From Candidatus Latescibacterota bacterium (GTDB lineage: Bacteria; Latescibacterota; UBA2968), in the NCBI GenBank assembly GCA_965116885.1, contig OZ220741.1, forward strand, positions 3,968,001-4,032,000: a stretch of 64,000 nt of DNA. Reading direction: 5' to 3'. A program made the translations under genes and the position numbers. Below the pieces are notes generated by a model that ran no database searches, was not told the DNA's origin, and worked only from the letters and a program-made list of their open reading frames with translations. This document shows, in pieces, positions 31,101 to 37,361 of this stretch. The first letter of the stretch is position 1. Every line of letters starts with the position of its first letter.

Positions 31101-31831
31101 CGCCAGTTACTGTTGGGTCGCCGCAGATTATACGCGCGCGGGCTCTGGGACCAACCCGCGTTGAAATCGACTGGATGCAGGTGCCCGATGCGGCTTCTTA
31201 CCAGATTTATCGCGCTGTTGGTGATGACGATCTCGATTATTTTGATGAGATCAGCGACCGCACGGTGTACATCGATTCTTTGCTGACGGAAGGCCAGACC
31301 TACCGCTACCAGATTGTCGCTGTGGCCGATTGGGACCTGCGTTCGGGTATTGTATCTCTCACGCCAAACCGTGCGCCAGAAGTCGTGCGTGTTGAAACTC
31401 TGTCGGACAGTCAGATTCAAATTTTCTTTTCGGAAGAAATGGGAGCAGATGTAGCCAGACCGTCGAGTTATCTGCTCAGCGGTATTGGACAGCCCACATC
31501 TGTTATACTTGACCAGCAAAATACCCGAGCGGTTCTGTCCTTTGCCGTGCCGTTTCCGCCCCGCTATACATTGACCATTCTCAATGTATCCGATGCGAGC
31601 GGTACACCTCTTGGGTTGATAAGGATTGCAGATACTGTTGATTCAGACCTTCTCGCGCGAGCCGATGCCGATGGTAGTGGCGTTATTGATTTTGCAGACT
31701 TTCTATCTTTTGTCCGTGCATTTCAAACTTCCGATTCCACTTATGATTTTGATGGCGATGGTATCGTCAATTTTTCCGACTTTCTCATCTTTGTCAATCT
31801 CTTTGGTCGCAAGGTTGGGACTGGGGGCTAA
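28118..31831 (+). CDS. Large secreted S8 subtilase with FG-GAP-like repeats, FN3/Ig-like domains and C-terminal dockerin/EF-hand-like pair
   Basis: IIDSGVD, HGTRVAG, SGTSFSAPH triad; repeated D.D.DG..(D/E) motifs; DADGSGVIDFADF and DFDGDGIVNFSDF at the C-terminus; start codon uncertain. Confidence 0.88.
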   Translation: MAHTKTQRYGERRELRWCYALAVVISVCFSQIAHAQPAYSPGQILVKFRSGKPAFSQFRDLSEHHGVTKIEPLFTPRSAKAVYPHPLTQVYRVRLSGDPIEAAADYALRPDVVYAQPNYLFTHHQVPNDPRYRDQYSLQVLDWELLQQNLGPIQKQIIVAIIDSGVDYNHEDLRDNIWHNAAEVGGASGVDDDGNGYIDDIRGWDFTHAPDLPGMGDYLMRDNDPQDESAHGTRVAGIVAAAANNNRGIAGIAPNAQIMALRAGLRRLGGIGFLEEDDIAAAILYAIENGAHVINMSLGGPERTFILGDVIQYAHAQGVVLVASAGNSGDELGYPAGNHYTIAVGAVNSADRLASFSSTGASLDLVAPGVNILSTRLDNRYASGSGTSFSAPHISGLVALILSRRPDVSPHSVRNLLIASAIDLGPLGHDNDYGAGRVSGARLANRLSTFDSLTVAIQSPANDEGEDTSFDIRASVLGAQVTGYRLSYGMGHNPQTWTLLSEGAASQDIRYTWDVSAFANSDVVLRLEADLSDGVVVEDRVRVGIEKVAPSITALACGDVLEDDRRVFECRWRTDQRAHGGIAYRYGADFDTLYTGLVQNKHRVVLPHTLPAGVVTFRVLADGENNIRAVHPAQTIDYVPFRVPQNGFVERGILPDGFLPDRASDFDRDGRLEIALMPYAIGDSYGPVHIYERQTDGTFTDEFQSDERFLPWAIGDITNDGTDDLLGVTYERLVLFTDSFSDPYPTQVEFEQSGTWGGDFADVDGDSIPDIIARAGDQRGIRVIRNLGSVIREEVFLVDPSEGGGDPGPRFVVADFDRDEQREILAGDADGDLWMYEYRAGRYEQTWYLPGDGDARWIGGGVDLDGDGVVEFAVARAYTDAYDPSNGFWELEIYSMRAPDTYAREWTTRINGVATTGNGISAGDVDGDGLADLIVCLRPDLYAFCAEKPDYYRPIWHTPVGLMRRALIADLDKDFRNEVLFNFDGAVHIVERDEPPVTVGSPQIIRARALGPTRVEIDWMQVPDAASYQIYRAVGDDDLDYFDEISDRTVYIDSLLTEGQTYRYQIVAVADWDLRSGIVSLTPNRAPEVVRVETLSDSQIQIFFSEEMGADVARPSSYLLSGIGQPTSVILDQQNTRAVLSFAVPFPPRYTLTILNVSDASGTPLGLIRIADTVDSDLLARADADGSGVIDFADFLSFVRAFQTSDSTYDFDGDGIVNFSDFLIFVNLFGRKVGTGG

Positions 31832-31835
31832 GGTT

Positions 31836-32480
31836 ATGAATATTGGTATTCCCAAACGCGCGTTTTTTCAGGTGGCTTTTCCCTGTATATTTCGCGCAGA
31901 CGCTCCGGCTATTGATGGCGTGCTCAATGACTGGGGGGCAACTTATTTGGTACCGGATTTGACCGGGGTTGAGGGAAAATATCCCTTTGCTGATGTGTAT
32001 ATGGCCTGGCACAATACCGGATTGTTTTTTGCAGTTGATGTAAAAGGTGCCGGGGGACGTGCGCCCGATGTTAGCCGACCATTGCGCGGTGATAGCTTTC
32101 AGGTATGGATTGATACGCGCGATGTGCGTACTGCGCCGCGAGGAAGCCGGTATTGTCATCATTTTTGTTTTTGGCCTGGAAGGGGCAAGAAGCGAGCCGG
32201 GGGAAGGCAGTTTCGTCTGCGACGGGCAAGAGCGCATCCGAGATTGTGCGATCCCGAGCGTTTAGAGGTGGCTTCAAAGGTGTACAAAGAGGGGTATCGC
32301 CTGGAAGCCCATATTCCCGCTGCTGCAATGACCGGATTTGATCCCGATGAGAATAATCGGATCGGTTTTACTTATTTGTTGCGCGATAAGAATTTAGGGC
32401 GGCAAGTTTGGACAGCAGAGGAAATTTTGCCCGTGTCTTATGATCCGAGTTTGTGGGGTACAGCGGAATTGGTGGGGTAA
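31836..32480 (+). CDS. CBM9/DOMON-like sugar-binding fold protein, no signal peptide
   Basis: P.IDG.LNDW, YMAW..TGLFFAVDV, GDSFQVWIDT, Y.LEA.IP, RIGF, P..WG. Confidence 0.65.
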   Translation: MNIGIPKRAFFQVAFPCIFRADAPAIDGVLNDWGATYLVPDLTGVEGKYPFADVYMAWHNTGLFFAVDVKGAGGRAPDVSRPLRGDSFQVWIDTRDVRTAPRGSRYCHHFCFWPGRGKKRAGGRQFRLRRARAHPRLCDPERLEVASKVYKEGYRLEAHIPAAAMTGFDPDENNRIGFTYLLRDKNLGRQVWTAEEILPVSYDPSLWGTAELVG

Positions 32481-32586
32481 GTGTCAAAAGTCGAGAAGCA
32501 GGTTTGTATTTCGTCAAATAGTTTTGTATATTGGACACATTGAACGTTAGTCTCAATCGAATATAGTTTATATTCGAGGTTGGTAT

Positions 32587-33594
32587 ATGGCACAAGATAG
32601 CGAACTTTCTCAAGACCTCACCGCTCGCGTGGAGCGTTTGGAGTCGCTGTTGGCAATTAGTCGGTTGATGAATGCGACGGCAAACCAGGGGCGGTTGATC
32701 AGTGGTATTGCGCATGAAATCTCTACGTATTTGGAAGCGGATCAGTGTTCGATTTTTTTTCACAACCGCCTGACGGATGAGCTTTATACGCATGTTGGGG
32801 CAGGGGTCGAAAAAGACACGCAGGTACGAATCCCGAGCAATAGGGGTATCGCAGGGCATGTGTTTAGGAGCGGCGATGTACGAAATGTTTTAGATACCTC
32901 TAAAGACCCCTTGTTTTCCAATGAGCTTGGGTATGAAACGCATACTATGCTGGCCTTTCCGCTGCACAACAGACGCGGAGAGGTGATAGGTGTGCTGGAA
33001 CTCCTGAATAAGAAAGGCGATCCGGGGTATTTTACAAAAGATGATGAGGATTTTTTGCATGAGGTGGCCGCGCAAATCGGTGGGTTGGTCGATATGATGC
33101 TGCGGCGAGAGGAGATGGCCCACCGCAATGAGTTGCTCGAAGCGCAGATGGAGCGCTTGTCGGGATTTGAGCATCTGGTGGAGGATCGCACGGTTATCAA
33201 TACTGTGTTTAAGTACAACCGCAAGATACACTATTGGGCCGGGTTGGTCGGCATGATTTTGTTGGCAGTGATGTCTATTACCTCTCTGGTGATGGTGCGA
33301 TCTGCTGATTTCCGGAAAATCATGCTGGAGTTGCATTCAGGGGTTATTTTTGCGGGTGCTAGCAATGCGTATATTTATACCGATATCGTTGCCTATGTTA
33401 CGTTGACGATTTGTCTTTCTGGTTTTCTGATGTATGCCTATCCACCATTGAATCGCTGGATGAGGGCCAAAAAGGATCGGCTTTCGCGGTTTATGATTCA
33501 GGCGGGAGTGCGTCAGCACAATCAAAATCGCCGGGTTCAGGAGGGATTGAGAAAAGTGTTGGGGGGCAGAGATAAGCCCTCTGGAAAAACTTGA
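32587..33594 (+). CDS. GAF-domain protein with coiled coil and PepSY-TM-like membrane helices
   Basis: GIAGHV, LNKK...FTKDDE (NKFDE-type GAF); RKIHYWAG..TM..LELHSG..TM..SGFLMY. Confidence 0.75.
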   Translation: MAQDSELSQDLTARVERLESLLAISRLMNATANQGRLISGIAHEISTYLEADQCSIFFHNRLTDELYTHVGAGVEKDTQVRIPSNRGIAGHVFRSGDVRNVLDTSKDPLFSNELGYETHTMLAFPLHNRRGEVIGVLELLNKKGDPGYFTKDDEDFLHEVAAQIGGLVDMMLRREEMAHRNELLEAQMERLSGFEHLVEDRTVINTVFKYNRKIHYWAGLVGMILLAVMSITSLVMVRSADFRKIMLELHSGVIFAGASNAYIYTDIVAYVTLTICLSGFLMYAYPPLNRWMRAKKDRLSRFMIQAGVRQHNQNRRVQEGLRKVLGGRDKPSGKT

Positions 33595-33662
33595 TTTTGT
33601 GTTGAGAAAAGTTTATTATCATGGTCCGCGATATGAAACGAGAAAGGAAATAGGAGGAAGCA

Positions 33663-34115
33663 ATGCGCTATTTGAGGTTTATGGCTTTGGGTTCGGTAAT
33701 TCTGGGCGTTGTGATGGCCGGTATCGCTGGCTGTGGTGGGGGGCAAGAACAGTCGGATAATAATCTGCCAGTGAGACGTGCGAAGATGCGTGAGATTAAG
33801 TTGAGTACAGACCGGATTATGGTCGCGCTGAAAAACGAGACGGTTGAGGGGGTTGCCGATGATGCCGAGAAGATTCAGGATGCTTTGGCAGCGGTGATCG
33901 ATCTCTATCCGCCAGAACACGAAGAGAAGTACACGATTTACAACCAGGACTCTCAAACCCATGCTTTGGGGATTGCCTCGGCTGCCAAGGCGGGAAATGT
34001 CAAAGAGGCGAATAAGCAGTTCCGCGCCATGGTACCTTATTGTGGCAAATGTCACGAAGATTGCGCGTATTTGCTGGCTCCCGCATTTCCCGAGTATGAA
34101 GATGTAAGCGAATAA
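33663..34115 (+). CDS. Lipoprotein with C-terminal CxxCH, class II (cytochrome c'-like) cytochrome c
   Basis: Lipobox IAGC; helical body; CGKCH near the C-terminus; RBS AGGAGG. Confidence 0.7.
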   Translation: MRYLRFMALGSVILGVVMAGIAGCGGGQEQSDNNLPVRRAKMREIKLSTDRIMVALKNETVEGVADDAEKIQDALAAVIDLYPPEHEEKYTIYNQDSQTHALGIASAAKAGNVKEANKQFRAMVPYCGKCHEDCAYLLAPAFPEYEDVSE

Positions 34116-34127
34116 AAATTAAGAATG

Positions 34128-34165
34128 AAAAAAGCGTCAGCTCAAGTAGCTGACGCTTTTTTTTT
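34128..34165. terminator. Bidirectional intrinsic terminator
   Basis: A6-GCGTCAGCT-CAAGT-AGCTGACGC-T9 between convergent genes. Confidence 0.9.
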
Positions 34166-34176
34166 GGGTTTTGTGA

Positions 34177-34935
34177 TTAGAACCGCCAGATTTTCAGGGC
34201 GGTTTTTCCGAATATCCATTCTCTGTCTTCTTCACTGAGGTCAGACAGACAATCCATTGGGACTTTGAGGCTGTTGTCGTAGCCTTCGCGTCTGCTTACG
34301 GGGGGATAATCGCTGCCCCACATAACTCTTTGGGGGCCAAAGGCTTCGATGGTCATGTCGGCGAGTGGGGGAATGGGATCAAAGGGCAAGGGCACGGGAC
34401 AGATTTCGCCGAATCCGGGGAGTTTGATGGACAGATTGGGCTGTTCGGCGAGTTCGAGAATTTTTTTAAAGGTATCATAAGGGGGCTGTTGGCCCTCGCC
34501 GATGCCCGCGAGGTGTTCGATTACAATGGACAGATTTGGAAATTCTCTGATTACTTCTGCAAATTCATCGCTCAGAAGGCTTTGGGGATTGCTCGGCGCA
34601 CTGACGACGAGGTCGAGTTCGGCTGCTGTACGCCACTGCGCGAGGGGGTCGGCGCAATCGGCGCGACTATTTGCAGGGAGACGGATGCCCACGATGCCCT
34701 GTTCTGCCCATTGTCGCATGGCTGTGCCATCGTCTGTTGGTTCGACGATCATGGCCGCTTGAAATTTTTCCGGATGTGCCGCCATGCTGTCGAGCATATA
34801 CTGGTTATCCGAGTTCCCCGCGTATTGGATGAAGACGGCACGATCAACGCCAGATGTGTTCATGTGGTAGAGTAGGGATTCTACGGGTTCGTATTTGTGA
34901 AGTCCAATGTGGCAGTGTGTATCGACAATGGTCAT
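34177..34935 (-). CDS. Amidohydrolase_2 family protein
   Basis: VDTHCH, VIEHLA, IKLPG, RVMWGSDYP. Confidence 0.9.
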   Translation of the reverse strand: MTIVDTHCHIGLHKYEPVESLLYHMNTSGVDRAVFIQYAGNSDNQYMLDSMAAHPEKFQAAMIVEPTDDGTAMRQWAEQGIVGIRLPANSRADCADPLAQWRTAAELDLVVSAPSNPQSLLSDEFAEVIREFPNLSIVIEHLAGIGEGQQPPYDTFKKILELAEQPNLSIKLPGFGEICPVPLPFDPIPPLADMTIEAFGPQRVMWGSDYPPVSRREGYDNSLKVPMDCLSDLSEEDREWIFGKTALKIWRF

Positions 34936-34961
34936 TGCGTTTTTACTCCGAAAGGGTGGGA

Positions 34962-35654
34962 TCAAAACAATGCGCCCTGTTCGGGCGGTTGTGCGGGTTT
35001 CAGGCAGTCTGGCGTGTCATTAGTAGGAATGTTGACGAGGGGAGAAACAGGATATGCTGTCATCTCTTGTGCGGAATAGGGTAAGAGAAGGGCTTGCAGG
35101 TCTGTTCGCTCTGCCGGATCGAGCCAGAGGTCATACACATCATCCCGTAGAATGACGGGCATGCGATTGTGAATCGGTGCCATCAGGTCGTTGGGTTCGG
35201 TTGTGATAATCGTACAGGATTGAATGCTATGTCCCTCGGGGGGTGATTGCCACGATTCCCAGAGGCCAGCAAAAGCAAAAGGGGCACCGGATTTGAGCGC
35301 GATATACATAGGGGTTTTGGTTCTGCCATCGGGATTGCGTTGCCATTCGTAAAATCCCGTTGCGGGAATCAGACACCGCCGTCTTTTGAAGGCCGTGCGA
35401 AATGAGGGTTTTTCCGCAAGGGTTTCTCCCCGCGCATTGATGAGCCGGTTGCCAATTTTGTGATCTTTTGCCCACGATGGAATAAGTCCCCATTTGAAGG
35501 CGTCCGCACGCGGCTCGGCAGTGTTGGCAATCGCCGTGATATCCTGGCCCGGTGCGATATTGTATCGCAAGGGTATCTCGTTGGGAAAAACGACCTGTGG
35601 AAATGCGAGTTGGTTTTCATCGCTTTGGGTAGCATAAACAAATCGACCGCACAT
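34962..35654 (-). CDS. SOS response-associated peptidase (SRAP/YedK/HMCES-like abasic-site protein)
   Basis: N-terminal MCGRF, RYNIAP, WGLIPSW, INARGET, GFYEW, IHNRMPVIL. Confidence 0.95.
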   Translation of the reverse strand: MCGRFVYATQSDENQLAFPQVVFPNEIPLRYNIAPGQDITAIANTAEPRADAFKWGLIPSWAKDHKIGNRLINARGETLAEKPSFRTAFKRRRCLIPATGFYEWQRNPDGRTKTPMYIALKSGAPFAFAGLWESWQSPPEGHSIQSCTIITTEPNDLMAPIHNRMPVILRDDVYDLWLDPAERTDLQALLLPYSAQEMTAYPVSPLVNIPTNDTPDCLKPAQPPEQGALF

Positions 35655-35845
35655 GATATGATTCCTTTGTAAAGCAGCGATCCAGGAAATTTTAGCTGAC
35701 TGCTGACCGCTTATCTATGTATAGTCTCTTATCGTCAAATGTCAAGGTCTTTCCCGTAATAATTTTTCTTGCTCGTGGACGGGTGTCTCATTACATTGTG
35801 CCGCGTTTTATAGATTGATTTTACATTTTCGATTGGAGGGATGTT

Positions 35846-36904
35846 ATGGCAGCAGAGCTGGGTTTTGGCGTTGTTGGACTGGGTATGGGGACGAACCACT
35901 GTCGGTCTGTCACGCGGGCCAATGGCGCGAAGTTGGTGGCTGTGTGCGATTTAGATGAGGAGCGTTTGGGACCGATGGCTGAAGAATACGGATGCAAAGC
36001 TTATACGAGTTATGAGGAGATGCTTCAGGACGATGAGGTTCAGGTCGTCAACGTTTGTGTTGAGTCCGGAAAGCACGCTGAGTTGGGTATTCAGGCCGCA
36101 GATGCAGGTAAGCATATGATCGTTGAGAAGCCCGCGGATATTACGCCTGAGCGCGTTGACCAATTAATTGGTGCGGTGAAAGATGCCGGCGTAAAGGTCG
36201 GATGTATTTTTCAAGCGCGTTTGGAACCACTAAACAGGCGGATTAAAGATGCTGTTGATAGCGGTAAGCTGGGCAAGTTAATCGGCGTTCACGGCCATTT
36301 GCCCTGGTATCGCGCGGATAGTTATTATCAGGGCGCGCATGGATCGTGGAAGGGAACGTGGGATCTCGATGGGGGAGGCTCGCTGATGAATCAGGGCGTG
36401 CATACCGTCGATTTGATTCAGTGGCTTGCAGGCGGCGTCGAGTCTGTGATGGGCATGTTCGGCGTTTTTGGACACGATATCGAAGCAGAAGATCAGACGG
36501 TGGCGTTGTTCAAGTTTAAGAATGGCGCGATTGGCACGGTTTATACAACGACTTGCTGCTATCCAGGGCTTCCGCAATTGGTGACTATTTACGGAGAGAA
36601 TGGGTCAATTATGAAAGATGCTTCAAAGTTGATTTCCTGGAAGATCCAGGGTGAGAATGAGGCATCGGAAGAAGCCGAGATGCTGGGTTTTTACGGCGAC
36701 AGGGAAGACAAGCAAAAGAATATTTCAGCAGATCCGCTGGCCGTCAGTTCCGATGGACATACGCTGATTATCGAAGACCTTATCGGGGCGATCAATGAAG
36801 AGCGCGAACCTATGATTGGCCTTGAAAGCGCGCGCCACGCCGTGGAAATTATCACTGCGGTGTTTGAATCCGGGCGCACTGGGCGGGAGGTTAAGGTGGG
36901 GTAG
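35846..36904 (+). CDS. Gfo/Idh/MocA oxidoreductase
   Basis: GVVGLGMG, IVEKP, DGGGSLMNQGVHTVD; RBS GGAGG. Confidence 0.92.
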   Translation: MAAELGFGVVGLGMGTNHCRSVTRANGAKLVAVCDLDEERLGPMAEEYGCKAYTSYEEMLQDDEVQVVNVCVESGKHAELGIQAADAGKHMIVEKPADITPERVDQLIGAVKDAGVKVGCIFQARLEPLNRRIKDAVDSGKLGKLIGVHGHLPWYRADSYYQGAHGSWKGTWDLDGGGSLMNQGVHTVDLIQWLAGGVESVMGMFGVFGHDIEAEDQTVALFKFKNGAIGTVYTTTCCYPGLPQLVTIYGENGSIMKDASKLISWKIQGENEASEEAEMLGFYGDREDKQKNISADPLAVSSDGHTLIIEDLIGAINEEREPMIGLESARHAVEIITAVFESGRTGREVKVG

Positions 36905-36907
36905 AGG

Positions 36908-36940
36908 GAAGTATGAAGTATGAAGTATGAAGTGGAAAGT
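36908..36940 (+). repeat. Heptamer array (GAAGTAT)n
   Basis: GAAGTAT GAAGTAT GAAGTAT GAAGTGG AAAGT. Confidence 0.8.
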
Positions 36941-36977
36941 AAAAAAAGCCAGATATTTTGTCTGGCTTTTTTACTTT
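36936..36977. terminator. Bidirectional intrinsic terminator
   Basis: AAAGTAAAAAAAGCCAGA-TATTTTG-TCTGGCTTTTTTACTTT. Confidence 0.85.
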
Positions 36978-37336
36978 CACGGATTGTAGCCGGGGAATGC
37001 CTCTGCCATCGCTTCTTTGTCCGTGCCTGCGAATAGCCGATCGCCGGTGTGTATTAGTGGTCGGCGTATTAGTCGAGGTTGTTCAACCATGAAGCGAATC
37101 AGTTCATCCGCCGACACTTCTTCCCTGTCGAGTTTTAGCGTTCGCGCCGAAGGACTCCGCCATGAAAATATGTCGGTTGGCGGAGTGTCGCCGAGTAATT
37201 CTCGGAGTTCTTCCTCTGAGAATTCATCTTTGAAGAAATCTCTTTCCTCAAAATTCACGTCTTCTCGTGAAAGCCACGCTTTCACCTTGCGACATGTGCT
37301 TCATCTGTTCCAGGTGTAAAAGTTGATTTTAGACAT
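36977..37336 (-). CDS. ArsC/Spx/MgsR-family thioredoxin-fold protein, probable selenoprotein (UxxC)
   Basis: ATG 37336 with AGGAG RBS reads MSKINFYTWNR-TGA-STCRKVKAWL in frame with the 102-aa ORF that contains PRLIRRPLI; TGA occupies the first Cys position of CxxC. Confidence 0.85.
37267..37285 (-). promoter_or_regulatory. Candidate bacterial SECIS hairpin
   Basis: GTGAAAGC-GTG-GCTTTCAC perfect 8-bp stem starting after a 15-nt spacer from the TGA, loop starts GU. Confidence 0.65.
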
Positions 37337-37361
37337 GGATATCTCCTGTATGTTCCATTAT

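Noticed and set aside
34962..35760. SRAP gene as a prophage or SOS cassette remnant
   Set aside because: No phage or umu genes nearby and no LexA-type box that I can recognise upstream.
36977..37336. Calling the ArsC/Spx gene a pseudogene
   Set aside because: The single stop is TGA exactly at the redox Cys position, with intact RBS, intact downstream frame and a SECIS-like hairpin; Sec recoding is the better explanation.
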